From an uncultured Alphaproteobacteria bacterium (lineage in GTDB: Bacteria > Pseudomonadota > Alphaproteobacteria > UBA9655): a stretch of 50,854 bases of DNA. Location: NCBI GenBank assembly GCA_905479605.1, contig CAJQNC010000025.1, forward strand, positions 1 through 50,854, written 5' to 3'. Below are positions 20,169 to 29,479 of the stretch, piece by piece. Made by a program: the position numbers and the translations under genes. The notes below the pieces were generated by a model that had not been told where the DNA came from, searched no databases, and saw only the letters and a program-made list of their open reading frames with translations. How positions within the stretch are numbered: the stretch's first letter is position 1; every line of letters begins with the position of its first letter.

Positions 20169-21058
20169 TCCACGGTTGGGTTGTTATTGACAAGCCTTTA
20201 GGCCTCTCCTCAATGCAAACCACATCTCGGGTTAAGCGCTTACTTTCTACCCGTAAGGCTGGGCATGCGGGTACGTTAGATCCTCTTGCCTCTGGAATTT
20301 TACCCATCGCTTTAGGGGAGGCAACAAAGACGATCCCTTTTATGGTCGATGCAGCCAAGACCTACGAATTTACTATTCGATGGGGGCAGCAAACCAACAC
20401 GGATGATCAAGAGGGTGAAATTCTTAATGTTTCAGATGCTCGACCATCTCAAGAAGAAATTCAAAAAATCTTACCAGAGTTCATAGGGAAGATTTCCCAA
20501 GTTCCACCCGCATTCTCAGCGGTGAAAATCAACGGTAAACGAGCCTATGCTCTGGCTCGTGGGGGAAAAGAAGTTGTTCTGCAGCCTCGAGAAATCACTG
20601 TGCATAATCTTGATCTGCTAGACATGCCAGATCACGACCATGCCACATTCAAATGCCATTGTGGAAAAGGGACTTATATTCGCAGTCTTGCTCGTGATAT
20701 TGCCTTGAAATTACAGACTTTTGGCCATGTTTCTTATCTGCGAAGAACAGTTGTAGGGGTCTTTGATGAAAAAAATGCGATTTCTCTGGATTTTCTTGAG
20801 AATATGAGCCATAAAGGGCACGTAGAAGAAAGTATTTTTCCTCTAGATTGGGTTCTGGACGACATCCCGGACTTAATCTTAAACCCTGAGGAAGAAAGGC
20901 GCTTCTGCCACGGTCAGCGCTTTGCGAAAGAAGGGCTCCCAGATGAACAGACACTCGTGTGTCGTAACTCAGATGGGGGGCTGCTCGGTTTAGCGAAGGC
21001 TGTTGAGGGGCAATTAAAGCCTGTACGTATGTTAAGTATCCATGAAAGGAAAGATTGA
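20165..21058 (+). CDS. truB: tRNA pseudouridine(55) synthase TruB
   Basis: [15 protein letters not shown] catalytic motif. Confidence 0.93.
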   Translation: MIHGWVVIDKPLGLSSMQTTSRVKRLLSTRKAGHAGTLDPLASGILPIALGEATKTIPFMVDAAKTYEFTIRWGQQTNTDDQEGEILNVSDARPSQEEIQKILPEFIGKISQVPPAFSAVKINGKRAYALARGGKEVVLQPREITVHNLDLLDMPDHDHATFKCHCGKGTYIRSLARDIALKLQTFGHVSYLRRTVVGVFDEKNAISLDFLENMSHKGHVEESIFPLDWVLDDIPDLILNPEEERRFCHGQRFAKEGLPDEQTLVCRNSDGGLLGLAKAVEGQLKPVRMLSIHERKD

Positions 21059-21327
21059 TGTCGATTAATGCTATTCGCAAACAAGAACTTATAAAAGAAT
21101 TCGCAAACTCTGAAGGAGATACCGGTTCTCCTGAGGTCCAGATCGCTGTCCTAACTGAGCGTATTAATAACCTCAGTTTACACATGCAATCCCACAAGAA
21201 GGACTTTCACTCTCGTCGAGGGCTCCTTATGTTGGTAAGCCGTCGCCGTAAACTGATGGACTATGCCCGCAGTGAAGATGAATCCCGCTACCAGAGTCTT
21301 CTCAAGCGTTTGGGTATCCGTCGTTAG
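21058..21327 (+). CDS. rpsO: 30S ribosomal protein S15
   Basis: 89 aa, with ..[19 protein letters not shown]... The ATG overlaps the truB TGA by 1 nt. Confidence 0.95.
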   Translation: MSINAIRKQELIKEFANSEGDTGSPEVQIAVLTERINNLSLHMQSHKKDFHSRRGLLMLVSRRRKLMDYARSEDESRYQSLLKRLGIRR

Positions 21328-21391
21328 GATACCATTTATTAGTTTCTGTCCCATTGGGGATTGAAATATATTGGAAAAGGAATATTAAAAT

Positions 21392-23515
21392 ATGTTTACG
21401 ATTCATCGAGAAGAAATCGAATGGGGTGGCCGCAAACTAGTTCTTGAAACTGGAAAAGTTGCACGCCAAGCAGATGGTGCCATCATGGTTACCTACGGAG
21501 AGACAGTAATTCTCTGCACTGCAGTTGCTCAAAAGCAATCTAAAGATGTAGATTTTTTCCCACTGACAATTAACTATCAAGAAAAAAAATATGCTGCTGG
21601 TCGTATCCCAGGTGGCTTTTTAAAGCGTGAAGCTCGTCCAAGCGACTTTGAAACTTTGACTTCTCGTTTGATTGACAGGCCTATCCGTCCATTGTTCCCC
21701 TATGGTTTTAGGAATGAAACTCAGGTGGTTTGTACTGTTCTCAGTCACGACCTAGAAAACGATTCAGATATCCCTGCCTTGATTGGTGCTTCGGCAGCAC
21801 TGGCTATTTCAGGTGTTCCTTTCCAAGGGCCAGTCGGTGGTGCCACAGTAGGTATGATCGATGGGAAGTTTGTATTGAACCCTCGTCGCGAAGAAAAGCC
21901 TGAAAGTAACCTTAGCCTTGTTGTTGCCGGTACTAAAGAAGGCGTTCTTATGGTTGAATCTGAGGCTGAGCAACTCACAGAACAGCAAATGCTGGACGCA
22001 GTTGTATTTGGCCATGAGAGCTATCAGCCAGTTATTGAAATGGTTGAGCGGTTGGTTCAAAAAGTAGGTAAAGCAGCGTGGCCTCTGCCTGAAGAAAACC
22101 CTGACAAGCCCCAGGTTGTGGCTCGTTTGAAGGAGTTGGCAGACGAAGAGCTGCGTGAAGCTTATAAAATTCGTGAAAAGCAAGCCCGTACTGAAAAAAT
22201 TGCGACAATTAAGGCTCAAACAATTGAAGCGATGGTTGAAGAAGAGTTTGATGAAGGCATGGCAACTTCCGAATTCAAGGCGTTGGAATCTGACATTGTG
22301 CGTGGGGATATCCTGAGGACTGGCGAGCGCATCGACGGTCGCGATACAAAGACCGTTCGTCCCATCACATGTGAAGTTGGATTGCTGCCGCGTACTCATG
22401 GAAGCGCACTCTTTACACGAGGTGAAACACAGGCCTTGGTAGTGACGACTCTTGGCACAGGCCAAGACGAGAAAATCGTCGATGCTTTGGAAGGTGAATA
22501 CAAAGAATCTTTCCTTCTGCATTACAACTTCCCTCCATACTCTGTAGGAGAAACTGGTCGCATGGGCACTCCTGGTCGTCGTGAAGTAGGCCATGGAAAG
22601 TTAGCCTGGCGCTCCGTACACCCATTGCTTCCAGAAAAAGAGGCATTCCCTTACACGCTTCGTGTTGTATCTGAGGTGACCGAATCAAATGGTTCTTCAT
22701 CTATGGCGACTGTTTGCGGCGCTTCTCTGTCGATGATGGACGCCGGTGTTCCGCTTAAAGCCCCAGTTGCAGGTATTGCAATGGGTCTTATTAAAGAGGG
22801 CAGTGACTTTGCAGTTCTGTCTGACATCTTGGGTGATGAGGATCACTTAGGTGATATGGACTTTAAGGTTGCAGGTACTAAAGATGGTATCACTGCATTA
22901 CAGATGGACATCAAGATTACTTCCATTACAAAAGAAATTATGGAAGTGGCATTGGATCAAGCACGTGAAGGACGTTTCCACATCTTAGATAAGATGTCTG
23001 AAGCTTTGACTTCATCACGCACCGATGTGAGTGACCACGCTCCTAAGGTGGTGACCTTCACCATTAAGAAAGACAAGATCCGTGATATTATTGGGCCTGG
23101 AGGTAAGATAATTCGTGAAATTTGCGATACCACTGGGGCTCGAGTAGATGTTGACGATGACGGTACTGTGTCGGTTTCTTCTTCCGATCAAAATACCATT
23201 GATCAAGCCACCAAATGGATTCAGGGCATTGTTGCTGAACCAGAGGTGGGAGTCATCTACCATGGTGAAGTCGTTAAGTTGGCTGACTTTGGAGCTTTTG
23301 TGAACTTCATGGGAAGTCGCGATGGTTTGGTTCATATTAGTGAATTGGAAAATCGTCGAGTAGAGCAAGTCAGTGACGTTGTGAAAGTGGGCGATAAGGT
23401 CTATGTAAAGGTTATTGGTGTTGATAACCGAGGCAAGGTCAAGCTCAGTATGAAAGTCGTCGATCAAGAGTCTGGAACAGAACTGCAGCCAGCTGCAGGA
23501 CAGGCAACCAACTAA
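21392..23515 (+). CDS. pnp: Polyribonucleotide nucleotidyltransferase (PNPase)
   Basis: Two RNase PH domains plus KH and S1 domains. 707 aa. Confidence 0.96.
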   Translation: MFTIHREEIEWGGRKLVLETGKVARQADGAIMVTYGETVILCTAVAQKQSKDVDFFPLTINYQEKKYAAGRIPGGFLKREARPSDFETLTSRLIDRPIRPLFPYGFRNETQVVCTVLSHDLENDSDIPALIGASAALAISGVPFQGPVGGATVGMIDGKFVLNPRREEKPESNLSLVVAGTKEGVLMVESEAEQLTEQQMLDAVVFGHESYQPVIEMVERLVQKVGKAAWPLPEENPDKPQVVARLKELADEELREAYKIREKQARTEKIATIKAQTIEAMVEEEFDEGMATSEFKALESDIVRGDILRTGERIDGRDTKTVRPITCEVGLLPRTHGSALFTRGETQALVVTTLGTGQDEKIVDALEGEYKESFLLHYNFPPYSVGETGRMGTPGRREVGHGKLAWRSVHPLLPEKEAFPYTLRVVSEVTESNGSSSMATVCGASLSMMDAGVPLKAPVAGIAMGLIKEGSDFAVLSDILGDEDHLGDMDFKVAGTKDGITALQMDIKITSITKEIMEVALDQAREGRFHILDKMSEALTSSRTDVSDHAPKVVTFTIKKDKIRDIIGPGGKIIREICDTTGARVDVDDDGTVSVSSSDQNTIDQATKWIQGIVAEPEVGVIYHGEVVKLADFGAFVNFMGSRDGLVHISELENRRVEQVSDVVKVGDKVYVKVIGVDNRGKVKLSMKVVDQESGTELQPAAGQATN

Positions 23516-23529
23516 ACAAAGGGTTTAGC

Positions 23530-24927
23530 GTGAAGCCATTAAATGCCATTCGCATGTCAGGACGGGAAGTCCTTCCTCTCGTTGAGGGAGGGAAAGGCGT
23601 TTCCGTATCTACAGGCGAAAGTTCAGGTGCTTGGGCCGCAGCCGGAGGGGTTGGAACCTTTTCGGCCGTAAATGCCAATACATATGATGATAATGGTGCT
23701 TTGGTACCTATGATTTATCGGGGTAAGACACGCCGAGAGCGTAATGAAGAACTCATCGAGTACTCTATTAAAGGTGGTATTGACCAGACTAAGATCGCTT
23801 ATGAGAAAGCCTCTGGCCAAGGCCGTCTCCACATGAATGTTCTGTGGGAAATGGCAGCTGTAGAAGAAATCCTTCACGGAGTTCTCGGCCAAGTTAGTGA
23901 GCTTGTAGATGGAATAACCTGTGGAGCTGGAATGCCCTACAAGGTATCTCAGATAGCAGCTCAGTATAAATGCTACTACTACCCCATCGTATCCTCAGCC
24001 CGGGCATTCAATGCCTTGTGGAAGCGTTCTTATAACAGGAACCCTGAGTGGCTAGGGGGTGTAGTTTATGAGGACCCTTGGAGAGCAGGTGGTCATAACG
24101 GCTTAAGCAATGTTGAAGATCCCAATGTGCCGCAAGATCCATACCCGCGGGTCTTGGAAATTCGTAAGCTAATGAATCAACTTGGGCTGAATGACGTTCC
24201 TATCATTATGGCTGGTGGCGTATGGTACTTGAGAGAGTGGAGTGATTGGATTGATAATCCTGAATTGGGTCCAATAGCTTTCCAATTCGGTACTCGTCCA
24301 TTATTAACACAGGAAAGTCCAATTTCTGATCAGTGGAAGCAAAAACTGCTTACATTGAAGAAAGGCGACATTTATCTAAACCGTTTCAGCCCCACAGGTT
24401 TCTATTCTTCAGCAGTCGAGAATGACTTCCTAATTGAGCTAAAAGAGCGGAATGCTCGGCAAGTGGCTTATTCCGTTGAAGCCATGGGAGATCATAGTGA
24501 ACCTTTTCCTGTAGGAGCACGTGGCCGTTTGGTTTATTTGACCGCTCATGATAAGAAAATGGCTGAATCCTGGACAGCCCAGGGGTATACCCAGAGTATG
24601 CGTACACCTGACTCTACGCTTATATTTGTTGCGCCGGAAATAGAAGACGTAATTCTGAAAGACCAAATAGATTGTATGGGGTGTCTCAGTGCCTGTAAGT
24701 TTAGCAATTGGTCTCAGGGTGAAACTGGCACGACAGGTCACAAAGCAGATCCCCGTTCATTTTGTATACAGAAGACTCTTCAGTCGATAAGCCACGGGGG
24801 TGATGTAAACAAAGAGCTGATGTTTGCTGGCCATGGTGCTTATCGTTTTTCAGAAGACCCCTTCTATAAAAATGGTTTTATTCCCACCACACAGCAATTA
24901 ATTGACCAGCTCATCACTGGGGATTAA
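23530..24927 (+). CDS. Nitronate monooxygenase / 2-nitropropane dioxygenase-like FMN oxidoreductase (long form)
   Basis: NMO-like TIM-barrel pattern (..EGGKGVSVS.., ..ITCGAGMP.., ..IIMAGGV..). The start is GTG, 14 nt after the pnp stop. A C-terminal CMGCLSAC motif is present. Confidence 0.55.
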   Translation: MKPLNAIRMSGREVLPLVEGGKGVSVSTGESSGAWAAAGGVGTFSAVNANTYDDNGALVPMIYRGKTRRERNEELIEYSIKGGIDQTKIAYEKASGQGRLHMNVLWEMAAVEEILHGVLGQVSELVDGITCGAGMPYKVSQIAAQYKCYYYPIVSSARAFNALWKRSYNRNPEWLGGVVYEDPWRAGGHNGLSNVEDPNVPQDPYPRVLEIRKLMNQLGLNDVPIIMAGGVWYLREWSDWIDNPELGPIAFQFGTRPLLTQESPISDQWKQKLLTLKKGDIYLNRFSPTGFYSSAVENDFLIELKERNARQVAYSVEAMGDHSEPFPVGARGRLVYLTAHDKKMAESWTAQGYTQSMRTPDSTLIFVAPEIEDVILKDQIDCMGCLSACKFSNWSQGETGTTGHKADPRSFCIQKTLQSISHGGDVNKELMFAGHGAYRFSEDPFYKNGFIPTTQQLIDQLITGD

Positions 24928-24949
24928 AAGCCTAATTTCATTAGTTTCT

Positions 24950-25885
24950 TTAGAAAAGTGTTGGATGCTGGCTTCCACTAATCCGCCCTTGAATGGCAAG
25001 GCTCTTAACAGACTTTTGTAGCTTATTGAATGCTTTCACTTCAATTTGACGGATCCTCTCTCTAGAGAGATTCATTTCTCCCGCAAGGTCATCTAAGGTA
25101 CGCGGTTTATCAAGAAGCCGCCGTTGTGAAATAATAAAGTGTTCTTTTTCACTGAGTGCATTCATAGCTTTGTCTAGGATGGTACTGCCTTTTTCAAGGG
25201 TATCGCCCTCAATGAGGCGCGTTTCTTGATTGTCTCTTTCGTCCACCAACCAGTCCTGCCACTCTTCTGTACCTGCTGCTTTGAGGGTAGCATTGAGAGA
25301 GCTATCATGCCCTTGAAGCCGTCTGTTCATGGACACGACTTCTCTTTCGGGTACGTTCAGATCTGTCGCTATTTTCTTTATATCTTCATTGGTGAGAAAC
25401 TCACTATCTGATTCACTCAGTTCGGACTTCAAACGCCTAAGGCTAAAGAATAGTTTTTTCTGAGCAGCAGTTGTGCCAATTTTTACAAGGGACCAGGAGT
25501 GAAGAATATATTCTTGAATATTGGCGCGGATCCACCACATGGCATAGGTAGAAAATCGATAACCTTTATCCGGGTCAAATTTACGCAAGGCCTGCAGAAG
25601 TCCAATGTTTCCTTCAGCGATCATGTCAGTTATCGGTAGGCCATAGCCACGATAACCATTGGCAATTTTTGCGACTAAACGGAGGTGTGATGAAACTAAC
25701 TTTTCTGCAGCCTTGGGATCCTGGTGCTCTTGCCAGCGCTTAGCCAGCATAAATTCATCTTCCTCACTAAGCATGGGGAATTGCTTAATCTTAGCGAAAT
25801 AAAACCCAAGACCATCAGTGACATTAGGTATTGCCCCTGGGGTGGCCAGTGAAGGAACCAGTTGTTTTTTATCTTCTTCTTCCAA
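24950..25885 (-). CDS. rpoH: RNA polymerase sigma-32 factor RpoH
   Basis: RpoH box (QKKLFFSLRRLK), region 2 (..YAMWWIRANIQEY..) and region 4 HTH (LSRERIRQIE). Confidence 0.92.
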   Translation of the reverse strand: MEEEDKKQLVPSLATPGAIPNVTDGLGFYFAKIKQFPMLSEEDEFMLAKRWQEHQDPKAAEKLVSSHLRLVAKIANGYRGYGLPITDMIAEGNIGLLQALRKFDPDKGYRFSTYAMWWIRANIQEYILHSWSLVKIGTTAAQKKLFFSLRRLKSELSESDSEFLTNEDIKKIATDLNVPEREVVSMNRRLQGHDSSLNATLKAAGTEEWQDWLVDERDNQETRLIEGDTLEKGSTILDKAMNALSEKEHFIISQRRLLDKPRTLDDLAGEMNLSRERIRQIEVKAFNKLQKSVKSLAIQGRISGSQHPTLF

Positions 25886-25902
25886 AAAATGCGCCCAATT
25901 TT

Positions 25903-26889
25903 CTAAACGTAATGATGAGATTCTAACACATCTAGCAGTTCACGTATATCCCCCGGTAATGGGCACTCAAAGAGCATTTCTTTACCAGTTCGTGGGTGGA
26001 TAAATTTTAACTGATAGGCATGCAAGGCAGTACGATCTTTATGCCAATGAGTTAATAAAAAGTAGTCTAATTCGTCCGGTCGCTTCTTTGGTTTGCGTCC
26101 ATAAGTGGGGTCACCTATGAGAGAATGTCCCAATGAAGTCATATGAACTCGAATTTGGTGTGTGCGTCCGGTTTCAAGTCTGCATTCAACCAGGCTGGCT
26201 AGTAAGCCAAAGGCTTTTAGGGTTTTATAGTGGGTGATCGCTTCCTTCCCACCTTTGGAAACGAGAGCCATCTTTTTGCGATTTTTAGGGGAGCGGCCAA
26301 TGTGTCCCTCAATTGACCCTGTGGTCGACGTGGGCACCCCCCAGACAACAGCTTGGTAAATACGGCTCATTGACCGATCGGTTAACATTTGGGAGAGAGA
26401 TTGGTGAGCCTTATCATTTTTGGCAACGACTATGAGCCCGCTGGTACCCTTATCTAGACGGTGCACAATACCAGGCCGTTTGACTCCGTTAATTCCGGAG
26501 AGGCTTGCGCCACAGTGAGCTAAAAGGGCATTAACAAGTGTTTTATTAGGATTGCCAGGAGCCGGATGAACTACCATTCCTGCGGGTTTGTTGATAACTA
26601 CGACGTCAACATCTTCATAGATAATATCAAGAGGAATGTCTTCTGGTTCGGGGATCGCTTCTACACTAGGCGGAATCGTGATTTCAAAAAACTGATTCTC
26701 TTGAACTTTTTTCGATGGACTTTTTGCGGGCTTCCCATCCATCAGAATATGGCCGGTATCAAGTAGCTGCTGTATACGGGTGCGTGTTAAATCAGGCAAA
26801 GATTTGCTTAGAAATTTATCTGTCCGAAGACCTTCGTCTTGCTTTGTGGCATAAACTGTGTATCGTTCTTTAATATCTGAATTATTCAT
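25903..26889 (-). CDS. rluD: RluA-family 23S rRNA pseudouridine synthase (RluD-like, N-terminal S4 domain)
   Basis: HRLDKGTSGL catalytic motif and HQIRVH. Confidence 0.88.
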   Translation of the reverse strand: MNNSDIKERYTVYATKQDEGLRTDKFLSKSLPDLTRTRIQQLLDTGHILMDGKPAKSPSKKVQENQFFEITIPPSVEAIPEPEDIPLDIIYEDVDVVVINKPAGMVVHPAPGNPNKTLVNALLAHCGASLSGINGVKRPGIVHRLDKGTSGLIVVAKNDKAHQSLSQMLTDRSMSRIYQAVVWGVPTSTTGSIEGHIGRSPKNRKKMALVSKGGKEAITHYKTLKAFGLLASLVECRLETGRTHQIRVHMTSLGHSLIGDPTYGRKPKKRPDELDYFLLTHWHKDRTALHAYQLKFIHPRTGKEMLFECPLPGDIRELLDVLESHHYV

Positions 26890-26905
26890 AAGCGGAGTCT
26901 ATCAT

Positions 26906-27196
26906 ATGCGTGCCTTAAAAGTCCTGATTGTTATTATGGGAGTCCTTCTTGTTCTTGGATTTACTATCTTAGGAGTCATGGTGGTTAAGAAGATACAGGG
27001 CCTAGATGAACCCCCTAAGCGTGTGAAAGAGGTGGCACTTCCTAAAGGTTTCGAGGTTATTAAAATCATGGAAGCTTCTGAAAGGATTCTCATTCACCTT
27101 AGGTCGCCAAATAAAAATGAAGAAATTCTTCTGATTAACGCTGCATCTGGGCAGGAGATAGCTCGTATCTCAACCGATCAATCTGAGGGCAAATAA
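26906..27196 (+). CDS. Small membrane-anchored hypothetical protein
   Basis: 96 aa with an N-terminal TM helix (MRALKVLIVIMGVLLVLGFTILGVMVV). It lies divergent from rluD. I chose the internal ATG at 26906. Confidence 0.45.
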   Translation: MRALKVLIVIMGVLLVLGFTILGVMVVKKIQGLDEPPKRVKEVALPKGFEVIKIMEASERILIHLRSPNKNEEILLINAASGQEIARISTDQSEGK

Positions 27197-28394
27197 GGAC
27201 GGCAAAACAGCCGAATAACCCAAACCATGCTACCCACCAGTGGTGCCATAGGCTGTGCTCTGCGCTTCCGAAAATGTACAATGCAACAAACAGACCGTAA
27301 GCCGTGGCTTTCCCAAGGGTGCTTTTAAGCTGGGTATGAATGGTCCAAATGATACTGATGAGAACAGCTGTATAGAGAGTGGCTCCGACTAATCCTAGTT
27401 CTAGGATCGTTTGTAAGAAGTGGTTATGGGGGTGAAGACTTAGAACTTCAGCACGTGGAGCTATTTGATGGTCAGCTCCAGGGATGGCACGTGAGGAAGC
27501 AGCACCCCAACCCAATAATGGTTTTTCAAGCCAGCGTGAGAAAGTAAATTCCCAGATGATTGTTCGGTGATAAAAACTAAAGGCGTTTGAACCATATGAT
27601 TCAAATAGTTTCTGTGCGTATTGGCTTAATGAGCCTGTTGATAAAATGAATGGAAAAATTGAGTTAAAAACGATCACCGCAAGTCCCAATATCAAGCCCA
27701 TAAACCGTGGGAAGAAGAGGCCGATTAAGAATACAAGGGTTCCACCTACAATTCCTGCGAATGCCGTTGTAGAATGAGATGCGAATGCAAGGGCTATAGC
27801 AAGTAAAAGACTGGCAGTAACTAATATCCACTTTCTTTTTGCAAAGAACCAGCCTGATGTAAGAATCGATAGTGCTCCGACTGTGTACGCAGTAGGTTTA
27901 TAGGCAAGTTGAGCCGTATAGTTTGGAGAGACACCACCTTTGATCCAGGCCGCCATGCTTACGACCCAACTATGCATGGAGAGTCCAAATATCCAAAACG
28001 CCATAGAGATAATAAAAGTTGTACACAGTAGCTTGATCAATAACTCTGATGCGTGGGGTGAAAGCTGAGTAATGGTCCAGGATATGATGATGGAGGAAAG
28101 AATGAGAATGAATGAGAAACCAACTGACTTAAGAGCATAAAAAGGAACTGGTGACCAAGCTAGTGATATAAATGCCCACAGGAAGAAAATGGTTAAGCTT
28201 AGTAATAGGGGTGATCTATTGAATCTATGATGAAGGGTTTTATAGGAGGTAATCAGGCAAATCCCACCCAGCGATGGTAGGAGTAGGATTGATGCTTTCG
28301 GGGTAAATACAAACCCAAATCCCAATACTATGGCTAGGAGAATTTGGATGGGGGGTTGAAGAAAAACCATGAAATTAAGTTTGGGTGGTTTCAT
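27135..28394 (-). CDS. O-antigen ligase / Wzy_C-family polytopic membrane protein
   Basis: About 12 TM segments with a large loop near ..RTIIWEFTFSRWLEKPLLGWGAASS... This is typical of the O-antigen ligase family. Confidence 0.55.
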   Translation of the reverse strand: MKPPKLNFMVFLQPPIQILLAIVLGFGFVFTPKASILLLPSLGGICLITSYKTLHHRFNRSPLLLSLTIFFLWAFISLAWSPVPFYALKSVGFSFILILSSIIISWTITQLSPHASELLIKLLCTTFIISMAFWIFGLSMHSWVVSMAAWIKGGVSPNYTAQLAYKPTAYTVGALSILTSGWFFAKRKWILVTASLLLAIALAFASHSTTAFAGIVGGTLVFLIGLFFPRFMGLILGLAVIVFNSIFPFILSTGSLSQYAQKLFESYGSNAFSFYHRTIIWEFTFSRWLEKPLLGWGAASSRAIPGADHQIAPRAEVLSLHPHNHFLQTILELGLVGATLYTAVLISIIWTIHTQLKSTLGKATAYGLFVALYIFGSAEHSLWHHWWVAWFGLFGCFAVLICPQIDRLRYELSPAQMQR

Positions 28395-28478
28395 ATTTAC
28401 AGGCCTTGGTCTATACTTCTTGCGGAATGCTTGAGTTCCATAATAACTTTAATCGTTCTATAAACGAGGTCTCACTAT

Positions 28479-28958
28479 ATGCTATTTCTAGGAAGAATGC
28501 CATTTCTACTTACCACTTTGATTTGTGCAGCTGTTCTCTGCATTGCTCTCATAATGGAATATGGATTTGGAGTTTTAGGCTGCACGCTCTGCAAATATGA
28601 GCGGCTTTTCATCCTTGTGGGAGGAATTGTGGCTGCTTTGTTTCTGTTTGCGCCGCAGAAACAGAGGCCCTTGGGTTTCTTGTTGGTCATGCTTATCTTT
28701 TTAGCCTGCGGTATTTTAGCTTTTTATCATGTTCTCATTCAGCAAGGCGTTCTTCCATTACCAGCTTTCTGTAAACCACCCTCAATTCCAACGAACCTTA
28801 GTTTGGAGGAAATGAGGCAGCAGCTGTTAAACACCACTTTTGTGCCTTGCAATAAAGTGACCTGGAGTTTCATGGGGCTATCATTGGCAGCCTATAACGT
28901 CCTGCTTTCATTATGTCTCGCTGCTTATCATTTCGTTGCATACAAACGGAGCTCATAA
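28479..28958 (+). CDS. dsbB: Disulfide bond formation protein B-like (DsbB family)
   Basis: Four TM helices, a first-loop CxxC (GCTLCKYER, compare PCxLCxxQR) and second-loop cysteines (..AFCKPP.., ..VPCNKV..). Confidence 0.7.
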   Translation: MLFLGRMPFLLTTLICAAVLCIALIMEYGFGVLGCTLCKYERLFILVGGIVAALFLFAPQKQRPLGFLLVMLIFLACGILAFYHVLIQQGVLPLPAFCKPPSIPTNLSLEEMRQQLLNTTFVPCNKVTWSFMGLSLAAYNVLLSLCLAAYHFVAYKRSS

Positions 28959-29473
28959 TGAATTCAAAGTCTGATCTTGAGTCCATGATCCGTGTCAATC
29001 AAGCCGGAGAGTATGGTGCTGTCCGAATTTATGAGGGGCAGCTGGCTGTTCTGAAAGGATCTTCTAATTATGATAAAATTCTCCATATGAAAGATCAGGA
29101 AGAGCATCATCTGGAGACTTTTGATACCTACATCAAAGAGCGCCGTGTTCGCCCTACCGCTCTGCAACCCCTATGGCATGTGGCAGGATATGCGATGGGC
29201 GCTCTTTCAGCTGCTCTCGGAGAAAAGGCGGCCATGGCTTGTACCGATGCCGTTGAAAGTGTAATTGATGAACATTACCAAGATCAGTTGAAAGAGCTGG
29301 CTGACTCCGAGCCCGAGCTGCGCGCAACTATTGAAAAGTTTCGAGAAGAGGAGTTAGAGCATCAGGCTTTAGCCATTGCGGAAGGGGCGCACCAAGCTCC
29401 TGCCTATCCCGTTATATCAGGGGCTATAAAGGCTGCTACGCGCTTTGCTATCTGGGCATCAAAGCGCGTATAG
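28958..29473 (+). CDS. coq7: Demethoxyubiquinone hydroxylase, Coq7 family (di-iron)
   Basis: IRVNQAGEYGAVRIYEGQ, DQEEHHLETF and REEELEHQ di-iron carboxylate motifs. The ATG overlaps the dsbB TAA (TAATG). Confidence 0.85.
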   Translation: MNSKSDLESMIRVNQAGEYGAVRIYEGQLAVLKGSSNYDKILHMKDQEEHHLETFDTYIKERRVRPTALQPLWHVAGYAMGALSAALGEKAAMACTDAVESVIDEHYQDQLKELADSEPELRATIEKFREEELEHQALAIAEGAHQAPAYPVISGAIKAATRFAIWASKRV

Positions 29474-29479
29474 CCGGGT

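Noticed and set aside
21809-22594. A 261-aa ORF antisense to pnp. Similar long antisense ORFs occur at 15737-16324 (in nusA), 20649-21197 (in truB/rpsO), 6035-6475 (in hldE) and 39606-40046 (in priA).
   Set aside because: Each lies entirely inside a strongly supported conserved gene on the other strand. Their translations are low-complexity or biased and show no recognisable motif, so they are typical shadow ORFs.
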